In this document: in pieces, positions 35,001 to 48,949 of the stretch | Layout: the number at the start of each line of letters is the position of its first letter | Position numbering within the stretch: the first letter of the stretch is position 1 | Source: Klebsormidium nitens | Taxonomy: Eukaryota > Plantae > Klebsormidiophyceae | DNA: 64,000 nucleotides | Direction: 5' to 3' | Assembly: GCA_000708835.1 (NCBI GenBank) | Contig: DF236960.1 | Location: 90,982 to 154,981 of the forward strand | Program-made: the position numbers and the translations under genes | The notes under the pieces: model-generated | The model's database searches: none | Told to the model about the DNA's origin: nothing | What the model saw: the letters and a program-made list of their open reading frames with translations, nothing else

Positions 35001-38000
35001 GTTCTCAAGCGGCCTTTGTTCAGTCGATTCCTAATTTCTTCTTCAGATATCGTTCGATGCATGAACGGGATACAGACTCTGGGTATTTCTTAGGCTGAAG
35101 TGTTTAAAACCGACAAGTTTCTATTGGTCGAAGTTACCACCGCTTTGAAGTGCAGATTACTCGCAAGGGCGAAGACGGCAACCCGCAGAGCTGAGCTTGC
35201 ATTGCTAGCTAAATATGGGATCAACTGCTTCTGATGCGTTTTAAACCGAAATTGCTGCTGATCGTGGACAGGCTGTCTATCATGGGGATTCATTTGTTGA
35301 GATGAGGACGTGAGCGGATGTTCCTACTTTTCCGGCCTTGGGCTTGAATGCTATGCTGCTAACCTACTCATGCACAACGGGAATCAGTACCGCTCCTTTC
35401 CTGTCGGTACACTTGCTTCCGAGTAAGGTGATGCAATTGCGCCACGCTGCTTTTTCCTTGATTTGGTCCTGCTTTGAGCGCTGTTAACTTTTTGGCCGCT
35501 TTGTGGTCAATTGTTCCTTAAGCTACGACCGTGCAAAGTGCTGCATATGAGCTCCTCTTTCAGTTTCTTTTCCAATTGAAGACCTTGCGACTCTCTTACC
35601 ATCTGCTTTTCGGAAGGCTTCGTAGGTTGCCGTGACACTCTGTTGCGGCAAGGACCCGGCCCGACTCGAGCTTTACAAGCTCAGTTGTGGAGTGAATTCT
35701 TGGAAGATGCCGCTCGCTCTTGAGTATCGTTTATTGACAATGAGGCCGCTTCTTATTGCGGTTTTGTATTCACGAAAAGTGGGGCCACTCCTTTCGTGGA
35801 AGGTGACCTGGTCTTTAGTTGGCTAACCCACGAGTCTGCACAATACTACTGAGAGTCTTTTGTTCAATCCGGTTTACGCCTAAGGAGAGAGCCAGGCAAA
35901 ACGTGTATCCAAAAGGAACTAGCTCGGGTTTGCAATTAATGTTCCACTCATCCAGTTTTGTTACACATACCGCAGTTGTGGGTGTGCCAACGACGTCTTA
36001 TCGGGGCTTTCCAAGTTCTGGAACTTTCTTCGACTGATTAAATGTTGTTTAGGTCAGATCCTGCTTTCAACCTCGAAGGAAAGAAGGCTTAGGGAGCGTT
36101 GTGTGTCCTTGGTCACGACCTGCTGAGGTCGAAGATCGAGCAACGAGACACCTGCGACGAGCTTCTGGGCATTTCGAATGAAACTAGCTTCGACGGGCTG
36201 GGAAAGCATCCTCCTCCTTTCTCAACGTCCGCTTAGATATTCGTCATTTTGGCAAAAGTACCGGGCCAGTCGCTTCATGTTATCCTCTCAAGATGCGGCA
36301 ATGAACATTGGCGACGTCAATGCCACCGCAAGAATTGTCCACAGCGTGGCAGGGACACAATCGTCTAAGGAGCCGAATAGCTTTTCATGTTTAGACACCT
36401 AGCATGGTTGCTGGAAAGCTCTTCAAGCGTAACTGCAGCATGCACTGTCGCTTTGATGGATTGTTGCGCGCTTAGGCTAAGAATAAGTCCAGGTTGCGTT
36501 GCCAAGATGTACTTGCTACAATAGAGTGGCTTGCGATGACTGTCCGTGTATAAACTTGAACCTTCTTGGCAGGGAAGGCGCTTCCATTCGGCCCTACTTT
36601 CGTAGGTGCAGGCGATTCTGCATGCTTCTGATGCCTCTCCGCATGAGTTTTCTCAGAAAGGAGTGCTCTTCTGTCCGCCAGCATCATAAACAATCAGATT
36701 GATTTGGACTATAATACCATGTTGGTTGACGGCGTAAAGAAAGTCCGCCTGCATATATGCAGATTGATGCTTGGCAGCCCACTTACCTTGTCCTCCTAAA
36801 CGGCTTTCCGCGTAAATTGGCTAAGTTCCGAGCAGTCTACGTGGGTATCGAGACATCTGTTCAAAAGTCCGTTTTGCTTCCGGTAGAGAGGGCGGCTGGT
36901 TGCTTTGCAAGTCTGAGATTACTTCCGCATTCTCAGCGACTCGAGGAAACTGTAAACCGTTCAGCTTGTCTGTCTGTTCCTGTCAGGTCTTTCTCACTCC
37001 TAGGAGAATGTCCCTTAAAGTTGAGACATTACCAGCTCCCGGTTCCGGTCCTTTGCGGGCACGTGCTTAGATACGGGGATGATGCGAAGACATTGTGGAA
37101 GGTTCATCTTCCAAAAACCTCTTGCCTTCAAATCAGCATGAGCCGGCTCTGCATCCTCTGCAATTTTTCAAGTAAGGCTTCGAAATTTTTGCTATATCTG
37201 TTGACCCGCTCTTTCGAACCGTGAGCTGCCTGAGGTATCCGCACTTCCAGCAAGTGCTAGAAGCCTCTGATGCTTAGATGTTTGATCAATCCAACTCATG
37301 TAGAGTAACGTCTGAGATTCCTCTAAGGAGAACCGTCAATTGTCTCAGCATCGCTCACTGTTTAAGGGGCCCCAAGGCTTGACGTCTGCTAGCGTCGCCC
37401 ATTCTTTATCGTGGCCGCAAAGCTTTCACTATTTCCTCCTAGCGGGAGCCACTGCCGAAGCTCAAGCAGCTTGTCACAGCCCTTTTACACCATCCATTTG
37501 CAACGGACACCAAATCTAACAACTCCTGTGAAGCGTGCGTCTCCAACCTCCGCTTCACTAAGCCCGTATGAAGGAGCATCCAGATTCGGGAGTCCACTAG
37601 CTTTACGGACCAGCTCGTGCCCAGACCGCCGAAACGTTTTCTAGGACAGTCACGGGAAGCGACTACGAGCTGCAATTTTCAGCCGGTCTGAATTCCTAGG
37701 GTCTAGATTCGCACAACGTCTTCGGGGTCCGTTGCTGAGGCTTCGCGGGAGTCTTCCGGGAGTCGCTCGATCCGGATGATATTGAGAGCAGCGAGTTTGG
37801 ATTGTTCATGTGTTTCTCAACACGACATATACGACGTGAAGTTGTCGCTCCACTTGCTTACAGCAACTTTAAGGCAGCCACATTGATTATAATTGACCAC
37901 TTTGCCGTGGCTGTCCTGAACTGATTGCTTTTGGATACGAAGGTCGAACGGCGCCCGTGCCAAGACCCCGCATGCCACTGTTGATTCGCTCATCAATAGA

Positions 38001-38400
38001 ATCAATTGTCACGGTTCGCTCGCTCTTCTTTCGTCGTTCAAAATCATGTCACTGCTTGGAGGCGAACGACCGTACTTTATAAGTTTTTGGTCCGATGAAG
38101 CATGCTGATATTGAGACCCTACACGCTTGAATCAGTGGGGCGATAAAAAGCCCGACCGGCAACAAGAGGATTTTGCTTTGAGGCCCCAGCGCAGGACCTC
38201 GTGATTGGACGCAAGCCAATCTCGCCTGCAAGGCTTACGCGTCCAGTCTCTGGCGCTTATGCAAACGCTTGCCCCGCCTATGTATCTGCAGATCGGAACG
38301 TACTCTGCCCACAAGTCAGTCAAGTCAAACAGACCATAAGACAGATGAAGGTCGGCGGTTAAATGTATTTCGACAATTCTTGGTTAGTCGAATACCATGT

Positions 38401-41400
38401 TAGCGGTCTGCGGACGGTGCCTTGGCTGAGCTCCTCGGCTCATGGACACTTCAGACGAACGTGCGGAGGCCGCCAACTTTGCTGCGCAAACTGGCGAAGC
38501 TTGTTGTAGTTTTTGTGTAGTTTTTTGTGTACGACGTTCCTTTTTTGTGCTCACAACCCCTGATTCTTGTTCCACCCGCGGTTTCCCTTGCAAGCCGGAC
38601 TTCTCTATTTTGTACGTGTTTAGAAAAGGCAGCTTCCTTGCAAGCGAGGATTATCATGTCCCTCTGTGTTGGACACCGAAGTAAATGTCCCACCCTCCAC
38701 TAATACTATTTCAAGTTTGCGCGCTACGGTTGCTGCGCAGCTGGGGAGCTTCGACTCAACTACGAGGCATTGAAGTCAGTTGAAAGGCATGTACGCAGAT
38801 TTCGCTTGCATGATCTTGTGATAGCGTTCACTGTCGGCAAGGACTCGACGATGCCTTCGTTGAGCTTTTCGGCTCAAGCACCATTTTGTGGAGGCCGCCA
38901 CCTTCAATGGGCAATGTTGCGAAGCGTGCAATTGTTTGGACGGTGTCCGTTGGAAAGCTCGGAACCGATCCGGATACTGTTGCACGTAACTTCAACTACG
39001 CGGTTGCAAGGAAGTTCTCCTATCCCAGGCGAAGTCCGGCGTTTACGGGACAGCTTTTAACCCCGAGCACTTAGAGGTAGGGTTCAGCCAATGAACTTGG
39101 AGTTCGCTGGATATATTGATTACAGTGATGGTTTTCCGGCGGCAAGGACGGTGCCTTCGCTGAGCTCCTCGGCTCAAAGGGTTTTTTGTAGTTGGAGGCC
39201 GCCACCATTGATGGGCAGGGTTGCGAAGCGTACGTGTAGATTTTCGATACGGTTTTCCGTTGGTGTGCCCGCAATTACAATTTGATCTGGTTGCACGTGT
39301 GTCTCATTGCTTTTGCGGAAGCTCCCCGTAATTCTGGCAACACCTTGGATGACACAGCTTCACCCCAACTATGACAGACAAAAGCCACTGTTATTATTGT
39401 GCTTTCGAAGCCGCTTGTAAATCGATTTTGATGTCAGCCTTTTGGCGGCAAGGACTGTGCCTGGCTGAGCTTTCTCGGCTCATGGGGAGTATGGTTAGTG
39501 TTTGTGCGGACGCCGCCACGTTCCAGTAAGTAGCGACTCTAGGGCTAACAGACCATTCCTCGTTTGTGGCCGATCACAGTCCGACACGTGGTTGTGTGGC
39601 AGCTCAGATCGCCCAGCAAGCTGCGATGGCCGATGCGCCAGCAATAAAAATAAGATGCAGCTTAACGTTGTTAGTGCCCCGGCCCATGAAAGACAGCAGG
39701 ACCTTGTTGACAGTTCGGCTGGCCATCGAGACGTACGCTAGTCTGTGAAACCCATTGGAAAGAATGATCAGCTACAGTGCTAGACGGTTAGAACCAAAAA
39801 CATCTGGTAAGACACTTCTGGCATATCTGTGCGTGATTTTACGAAGTCCGTTGGGATCTGTGTTGCCCATCCTCGACGCTCATCAAGAAGGCTGCGGATA
39901 TCTCCGCAGTGGCAGAATTTCTTCAGATTGTCGCTACCTCCAAGCGCAGACAAAAGGCGAGAGGGGCGCCTCCGATTTGCAATTAGGCCGTATGCTTTTC
40001 GGCAGCGCCCATGATCCTGAACTAGTTCAATCAGGTCAAACAAAAGTACAAGTTCCTCAGTTCTGCTTGCCTGCTCTCCAATTTTCGCAATGGAGCACGC
40101 CAGCGGCTATTGGCGAGGGCGGCGCCGTCTAATTGCCTAATGTGCCCACTCTCGTGAGTCCGCCTACGTAATTACTGGAATGAAGCGCCCTTCCGATTGT
40201 TTCTTGGGACCAAATGTTGTTCAGTCTCAGCTTTACCATCACGTCGCTTTTCAGGCACCTCCTCAGTCTCCGCTTAAAGGGTCTTCTACTTTCGAGATGT
40301 AAGGGCCAGGACGCTATATGATCACTATCGCAGAATTTTTCAGATCAGCGAGTGTGAAGAAGGTTACCGGAAGCCATCAACACAACAATCTTGTGAACCT
40401 TGCGATGCCTTTCCTCACCTGAGTGCAGGGTCGTCAGATGTCGTCGTCTTTCTGAACAGCGTCTGTGACTGCCGCTCCGAAGAAGAAACGGGCTTGCTTG
40501 TTCTGCCCCACGTCTCTTTCTCCTGTCGCGAACAACCCCAGATGATATTCTACTACATTTTAATCACACCGTCACGAGCTCTTGCTGTGCTCTCGGTTTT
40601 CTGCCTTCCTCTACGGTTCGCTGGGCTTTTGCCAGGACGAATGATTTTTCGGGCCGGAACGATAGGCTCAGAAAGAATCGAGAATTGATTCGGACGCTCC
40701 ACTTTTCCGAGGGTCTACAAACGGAACCCCGGATCACCGACGGACATGATTTTAGAACGTGAAGAACGGTCTTTGTGCTGATGGCTTTCTGTCGCGGCAA
40801 GGACGATGCCTTGTTTGAGCCTCTCGGCTCAAGCAGATTGTTGTACTTTGAGGCGGCCACCTTTGATGTGCGCAAGATATTGCGAAGCGTGTAACTGTTC
40901 TGATAAGATGTTCCGTTGGTGTGCCCAGAACGTTTTGATTCTTGTTGCACGTGGCCGGGCTTGTAGTGCGGTAGCTAACAAAGCTACCCTATCTCTGGTT
41001 TCGGTTTTTACGAGACAGCTTTAAACCTGAGTACTTTCTAGAGATGATTGAAGTCAGCCTGTACTATGAAGTTCGCTGGATAAGTTGATTACGGTGACGG
41101 CTTTTGTGCGGCAAGGACGGTGCTTGGTCGAGCTTCTCGCCTCATGGGTATTGTACGTTGTTGTCGGAGGCCGCTATCTAGCTATCTTGGGCAGGTTCGC
41201 GAAGCGTGCGCCTGATTGGTAACACATTCAGCGGATGTGCCCGCAATCTAGCTATGGTTCTTCTTTTACGTGGCTTCGATTGCAAGCGGGAGTTTTCCTA
41301 TCCTCTGGCGTGTTATAGAAGGCCGTACAGCTTCATTACGGCTACCCCATACAGAGATAAGCCGGTAACAACATTCATTGACGTTAGCTGGATAGTCGAT

Positions 41401-43560
41401 TATGGTGACAGCGTTTTTGCCGTCAATGACGGTACCTTGATCGGGCTCTTCGGCTCAAGAAGATTCTTGCCGTCGGAGGCCGCCACCTTTGATGGGCAGT
41501 TAAGGAAGCGTGCGCAACTCTTTGGTACGAAATTTTCTGGTGTGCCCGTAAAGCTTCCATTCCCTCTGCACGTGTCTCTTATTGCACTTGCAGAAGATCC
41601 CCGTATTCCTGGTAACCCCTTGGATGGGACAGCGTCACGCCAACCACCGGCCGACACACACTAGAGGCCACTTTTATAAATACCGTTGAAGCTGCTTTTG
41701 AAATGATTTTGGTGTCAGCCCGTTGGCGGCAAGGACTGTGCCTGGCTGAGCTCCTTGCCTCAGAGCTGGTTTCTCCTCTGACGCCGCCACGTTCGAGTAA
41801 AGAGCGGACATACATGCATTGCCGATCCATTGTCCCTCGATCGCACCCGATTTCCAACGTCGCGTTCTTGCACCTCAGCTCCTGTCACCGAGCAAGCTTT
41901 AATTGTCGGTTGCGCCCGTGCTATTACTTCGATGCGTCTTAGCCGTTCCTGGCCGGTGCCCAGGCCAATAGTTTATTTTTACCTTAAGGCTTGGTTACAT
42001 TTCTGTCATTGGTCTGCTGTCCGTCTCAATCCGCTTTGTTTTGCCCATCCCGGATGCTCATCAGACGGCTTTCTAACATTATTCGCGCTTAGTTGCGAAA
42101 CTTTTCTTTCTCCGCTCAAGTTGTCCGGGCTTCCAAGCACAAAAGCTAACCGGAACCCAAGAGGAGCTCCCCCGTTTGCGACTTCGTAGCTCATATCCGA
42201 CGCATTGCACTTCCGACAGCGCCCACTGGATCCTGAAGATTCTGCCACGTAATTCAAAGGTTTCGATTTCCTGCCTTCAGCTCAACTTGTAACAGCGTTC
42301 GTTGCATATTAGCGACTTCCACTTGGGGATGTTGACTGATGCTGTCTCTAAACTCTTTCCTCGGCTTCGCCTACTTCGGTTCCAACTTGGAGAGACTTTT
42401 GATTGCTCTTCTCCGTTTTTTGGGCCCGGATATCAGTGGAGCTTCAGTTTCAAGAGGTGGCTGATCAGAAACGTTCTCAGTTTCCGCTTCGCAGCGTTTT
42501 GCTTTGGAATGTGCGGGCCAGGACGCTATACTACCATCGTTGAATCTCCAATTCAGAAACAGCCTGAGGTTTGGTGAAGGATCGGAAGCAGTCAGTAAAG
42601 CACTGCGCATGAAGCTTATCGACTGTCCTGTATTTTGATATTTTGCGACTTCCTTGATATCTGAGCAAGGAGTTCAGGGCCCTGTTTCGTATTATTTTAC
42701 ACTCTGCCTTGCCGCGTCACGCCTTCCCGAGTTGCCACGTGGCAACTTGATCTGGTGGCACCACTGGTACTCAAAGGACATGAAGTCCTTTCCTTTCAGT
42801 TCTTTCATGCAGCTCTTAATCCAATGAGTGAAATTCGCGATCGCAGCCGGCGGTTTCAAAGTTCCGCTTTTGAAGCGGACTCGAAATCTCAGAGCCGCTC
42901 TACCCAGAAGAAACTCTGCGACGCGAATTGCCCTCATGTTTTCACCACGTCACCCGGGCGCTTTGATTTGAGTTACTCAAAAGGGTGCGTGATGCTTTTT
43001 AGGAAACACCTTTTCCTGTTTCATTGAGCTTGCCGATTTGCTAGTCTGCTCCAATCACTCGGATGAGTGTTTTGAAGACAACGCACGCCTCGTGCCGTCG
43101 TAGTGAACATGGAATTCTAAATGTGCGGTTACCCCAAATCATACCTCTCAACGGGGATCATCAAACGAGGTTCCAGATTGAGAGAAGCCTGAACTTAAGC
43201 CAGTCCCTCTTGCGATCCTCCAAGTAGTTTCCCGAACAGTGGGCCGCCAAAAGCAGGCCGTCAGATAACGGCGTCTTCGTGAACGCGTCTGTGACTGCCC
43301 CTCCGAAGAAGAAACGAGCTTGCTCGTTTTGCTCCACCGTCACCGCTCTGAACGTTTGCTTCTCCTGTCGCGGATAATCCCAGATTATTGACCACATTTT
43401 TCACACCGTCACGAGCTCTTGGTGTGCTCCTGTTTGCCTTCGGCTTTCAATATAAAGTTTGACATATGCGGTTCGATAGACGGTGGCCAGGACGAATAAC
43501 TATCGGGCCGGAGGATGAGGCTCATAAGATGGCGTTCTGCCGTTCAGACGCTCCGCAGCA
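38401..43560. repeat. Degenerate ~310-bp tandem array nested in a larger (~2.3-2.7 kb) segmental duplication
   Basis: Anchor gcggcaaggac(g/t)(g/a)tgcct...gagct..tcggctca at about 38411, 38835, 39138, 39444, 40794, 41108, 41419 and 41725. Downstream blocks are also paired (40240-40410 with 42470-42610; 40450-40610 with 43275-43445). Confidence 0.8.
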
Positions 43561-44547
43561 ACTCGAAGTGCAAAGCACCGACAGAAGTTTGATGAGCAGA
43601 CAGAACGGAGCTCTTGCTCGTTCCGCAGCTTTTCAATTTTCCGCACGCGGCCTGTAATCATCTGCTTTCCGTCAGGCTCGACAAAACACTGTTCATCAGG
43701 AAGTAGCCGGGAGAGAGTACTATAGTGCGAATGCTGTTTCTGGCCATTCCGATCTGCTGAGCTCTCAGCTTCGTGTGGAGGCGATCTTGCTACCAGGGTT
43801 TGGGCTCTATGTTAGTGATTTGTCTTCTGGGCTCTATGTTGATAATTTGTCTTGATCAGACGAGGGTTGGCCGCTTTCACTGCTTTATATCTGTGATCAG
43901 ATTTCAAGTGCCTCGATCGAGTAAGCTGTGCGACCTCGCAGCATAGACGGTGCTAATTGATTTTGTGGCCCTATCGGCGGCTCACATCGTTCAAATGCCT
44001 GCGGACTCGGCGTGTGACAGAAGTCCATTTGTACACCCTCTAATTCAGAACTTTGGCTTCGTAGCTTTGCGAAGGGCAAAAGGGACAGCTTTCTAATCAT
44101 ATTCTACCTTGTTCTTTTAAAGGAGAACCGTTCTCGGCTCTGGCTTCCAGTTTCGTTTGAAAAGACGGCACTGACGAGTAGTTGGGCAGTGACGTAAAAT
44201 GCTGCAAGTCGATCAAAAGTGCTCCAAATCTCCCGAGGCCTCCGCAGTCTTTAGTTGAGGTTTCAGTTTACCTCTAAAGGACGCCTCGTTTTTTGGGGTG
44301 GTAGGCTTCTGCTTTAAACGTGGTTCTATCTTTGAGTAACCCCGTGGGATGTCAACCGACTCATTGTTTGCTACACGCTGTGGTGTTGTGTAGAAACCAG
44401 AATTTCAGTATGTCCCCCTTCTTTTATCGAAAAGGTTGCTATTAGCTAACGAAAGGCAAGGACGACTTCACAATGGGCACGCCCACACGTGTTTCAACTT
44501 CTCTGATGCCCATAAACTGTTCAATACATACCCATTTCGGCCCGTGC

Positions 44548-44741
44548 CACAGGGGGTTTTGGCCCTAGCTACTGATGGATGCTTATGGGCTGGTAAGGGG
44601 CTGCTTAAAAGTGGTTAAGTGTCCAATGGCCAGCCTTGGGCGGTAACCAGCTCTGGAACAACGTTAACGCCCGGTTACCTGTCCAATAACCTGAGACTCG
44701 AGTCTGCGAATCAGCCTGGTTAGCTACCAAAACTTCCCGTG
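44548..44741 (+). mobile_element. ~195-bp MITE-like repeat family, copy 1
   Basis: Imperfect TIRs cacagggggttttgg...ccaaaacttcccgtg. The body (ttatgggctggt, tgtccaat, gggcggtaaccagc.ctggaacaa, gtccaataacctg.gactc.agtctgc) is shared with 53200-53400 and 56854-57047. Confidence 0.7.
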
Positions 44742-47700
44742 TGCAAGGGCAACGATGAGCTCAGACTGGGGCCCGAAGGCTCAAAGCGCATCGGCTTTCA
44801 GGTTCTGATGCCCATCGCAATATAATTGCCAAATAATTACTTACGTCTTTCTATACAGCCAATAGTGACTTTTCTTCGTGGCGCTCCTAGTGCTTGTCAT
44901 CGGACTGCAAGTCGAGCATTGAATGACACTCATAGCAGGCGGTCATCGCATATACGCGGGCCTGTACTTCGTACTCGTGCCCTCGCGTTTACTGCCTCTC
45001 TATTCGTCTTCAGCAACTTAAAGGGTTTCAATGATACTCTTCAGGTTCGGCGCTCGTTTTGAGCGGCCAAATGGATTGTCACCAGAGGAGAGGAGATAGT
45101 ACGTGCACTTTCGGCTTCGGTTTTACTTAGCCCTTTTCAAGGATCTCACCCCGTGTGGCAGCTTCCTCGCCATGGGCTGTGCCGTCTTCTAGACAAGAGT
45201 CGATAGATGAGCTAGACATCTGAGTAAGGCGTCAAATTCTTCAGGATGGAGACTTGCATCTTGATACACCTGGCTGATACATCTTCGAGACTCAAGGCGC
45301 TTGCAAAGGATATCAAATGCTTGCGCTTCGAAACTCTTCGAGGAACCTTAACTGCAGGCAGCTTTACGTTGTAGTGCTTCTGCTCGACCATAATGTATGT
45401 TTAGATTGGATTAAGCTCTGCTTACCTGTTTCAGGTGTTTACTTCTGAAAGCCGTATACACGTCACGTATCCGGTTAGGATATAAGCGGACGGTAAGGAC
45501 GAACGGAGTGGCAGATGAGCCGCCACCTTTGCTTTTACTGGATCAACGCCATCTGAAACCGCCGGAAAATGTTTGTTTCAAATACTAGATACTTGATGTA
45601 GAGTTCCTCTCTACATTGCTTGACACTTTCTAACGCTTGTGATGTCAGACGTGGCTCGCTGGGCTCATTGGATTTGGCGAATTGTAAATGATCATGCACA
45701 GACTGCCACTTTTTGGCACCCCGATCTAGCTTGTGAGTGTTGAGATTAGTAAATTCAAGCCATAGGGCTGCTGGCAATGAGTGATACGTTTACTACTTGA
45801 TCCGGGTGCTGCCTATAGAATGAAGGACCTTTCATAAAGCCTAGAGCATTGGAATTAGAAAGTCTGGGCCGGTAAGTACCTCCGTGTCTCCAGCTGTCAC
45901 GAACTCTACACGCCGCGTCAATGCTGCTGACGATGTGTGTATGACCTGGGCGCGCGCGCGGAGCCGGAGCTTTCAAAAGCAAACGCGTGCCTTGGAGAAG
46001 ACAATGAGGATAGTCATACGGTTGCCAAAGGGCTGCCACCTGTGACTTTGGGTCCCCGAGTCGACTGTGACGTCACCAAACGCAAGATTTTGTTCTCAAG
46101 CGCGCCCCATTTAGTATTGCGGGTCTTTACCCCGGTTGTCAATCTGGCAACTTTCCATGTGCTTCCACCTGCCAGAGCTTTTTTCTTTTCTACCGCCCTG
46201 TCTGGCTCGATGATTGAGGTCCTACACGGACGCACCCGGATAGCCTCGTAAGCGACTGCGCAGAAATATTATTCTTTGCTCATGCGTTGGCCCCAGACGG
46301 GGAATTGAACTGATCTGGCCTGAGCACGGGAATACTCTGCTATAAAGTTTGTCGCGACGAAATTCAAACTGTCTCGGTATTTTCATGATCGTGCGCTCTT
46401 TAAGGCTGGCTTGTTTTGAGAGTGACTTCGATCGACTGCCCAGCGTCTCGTGCTAAAGATGCTAATAGCCGGATGCTTTCCATGCGACGTCTCATCTTCC
46501 CCTGTTTGACCGGAGGCCTCACAAGTGCTTGAAAGGCTGCGTTGAGCTGGCAATAAGGATGACGTGCTACTATTACCGTGACTAATATGTGGTCAGGATT
46601 GGTTTGGTTGCCATCAGTCCGACTGCCAAACCTCTATCGAGGCCTTACTTTCGAGCGCTCTCCATCTAAATTTCGCCTCCTTCGCTACGAAAGCCTGCAT
46701 GCTCCACGTGTTCGAAGCTTTCGGCTTCTGTGATAGTGGATTGTTTCTTTTCCTTGTACAGGTCTGTAACGGGACTGAGGTCGTTGCAGGGCTTCCTTGT
46801 GACTCACCGGTTCCGTTGCCTATTCAAATGGATTATATAGCATGGACTGGGCTATGAAGACGAAAATATGGCGTGGCAGACATGCCAAGCTTGCACGGAA
46901 CGTACCGGGGTTCGGAGTCCGAACGGCATTAGGTGGTCAGGCTGATGCATGGATGCAAACGTGCTTATGAGTCGCGCGTTGGATAATACGTAATTTCAAA
47001 TTTCCAATCTTTCCATGCAAAAAACCAGGCCACAAAAGCAGATCAGCAATTTTACAACAATAATGTAAACATCTAGAGATGCATGATCAGCTGAAGTGGG
47101 CTGGGACGAGATACAAGAAGGCAAGCTGTAGTACTGCCACGCATTTCTGACGATCACAAGCTCGGCAGTTAGACTGGGTCTCATCGCTTTCAAAACCCGT
47201 GGCTTTTCAGCCACCTAGTACTTACATACTGTAACTGTCAGGACACTTGGAAACAAGGCACTTCTTTCTTTCTTACCCTTTTCGACGCAGCGTATGGAGA
47301 CCGCCTCTTCATATGCATTGCTTGCACAAGAAGGTAAGCGGACGATGGGGCTGCACTCATGTTGGCTGAAGGGCTGCCATGTGATTTAACAGACGAACTC
47401 CGATGTCCGCTATGCTAATATATTCTCCCTTGTGTGAACATTTTCAATCAATGCCATCCTTAGCGCGAATTCCAGCGCTCTCAAAATTCTCGTGTAAATT
47501 CGAGCCTTCCCTGATTAGCGTCGAGCGGATTGAATGATGCGGCTGCATGGCAGGAGTCCTTGCTAATAGTGATCGACAAGCGCTGCTCTTATGGCCAGAG
47601 GTTTCAAATTGATTTTCAGCGTGGCCCGCGCCCCTCGTTAGAAAGGGGCCCTCAGACGTATTAAGCCGCACCCGCGTTGCGGTTTACCGCATGTTTGCTT

Positions 47701-48949
47701 CGGTTCCAATGCATTTTTTAACGGATATCGTGCCCGGCCAATATTAGCCCATCATGATTCAGTCAAGTAACGAAGAGTGTCCAGACTCAAGGGACTTCCG
47801 AATCAGCTGGTCCGTTTTGACTTTAAGCGAGAAGTGGAGAATACTGTGGTTCCCGTGGTAGCTTGAATAGCGAACATTCGGTGGTGTCCGATGGCAATGA
47901 GGAAACAGACCGTTCGGTGATTGTACCCGATAGTTCATCCGGGATGTCTGGAACCTATGCCGGCTGTCCGTTTGAGTTGTGAGTTTGATGCGCGTCATGC
48001 TCTTCTCAATCTCTGTGCAAGTACATCTCAAAGCCAATCTGCCGATAACGGAAGCACGCATCTGAACCGTGTTCTGCTGATCGATTGCGGCAAGTACTTC
48101 AGATCCGATACATATTGAAGTATGTGCACGTGATCTTGGGTATCGGGGAATCGTTCCGTAGTGGAACAATCCATCTGTGCCTCTTGTGCTCTTGTCTCGC
48201 GTCTTAAACACATTTGCGCCCTTATAAGCAAGCAACCAGTCACTTCACCCCTTCATTCGTCACCCGAGCGCACGTCATACGAGCGCATGGACAGTAGAAC
48301 CCTTTTTTCCCTGGTTCCTGATTCAATTTCATTGTTTGGGACTTTTGGATGCAATTTAAACTACGTAAACGTTGGACTCATCTATCAATGTAGCCAGATA
48401 GCAGTACTGTGCCGGCAAGAGGGTTAAAACCTGGTGTACTGGCCTTGTGTTTCGCATAGCTCCTGGGCTCTCTTCTCACCGCATGCTGGTACGTGAGGCC
48501 CTCAGTGAATTGCGGGCTGCAGCTACGCTTGCAGTGATGTCTGGGTCTATGGTCAGTCCGGCCCGGCCGCGATCGATCTAGCGCGCCACGGCGCGCGCGC
48601 GTGCGTGTCGGCGACCCGGCAATGTTCTTGCGGCGCGCCGGCGCGCGCGCATGTTCCTGTGGCCGCCGCCACCCTGTAGCTCGCGAACGTCTACAGACGG
48701 ATTTGAAAACCTCTGTCCAGATTTGACCGTTAGATGCAGATATACTAAGGGAGCGGTTGGGTGGGAGAGTTTAGTCCGGAGTCGGGTGTTCATCGTGCAT
48801 AATTCAAGAGCGGTGGTCTTTTCGTGGGTGTGGCTTTTGGTGCAAAACGAAAAAGTTGGAAGTCTCCACTAGCGCTCTGATTGGATCATGATCAGGGCGC
48901 GTGCGGAGAAATCATCGTCGGGGATCTTCAAGCTTGTCTAAGCTATGCT

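Noticed and set aside
33000-38400. Protein-coding gene in the intergenic interval
   Set aside because: Only short ORFs with no domain signatures. No rRNA or tRNA signatures were seen here or elsewhere in the window.
38401-41800. CRISPR array interpretation of the recurring gcggcaaggac motif
   Set aside because: Period is about 310 bp, the repeats are degenerate, and the intervening sequences are homologous to each other.
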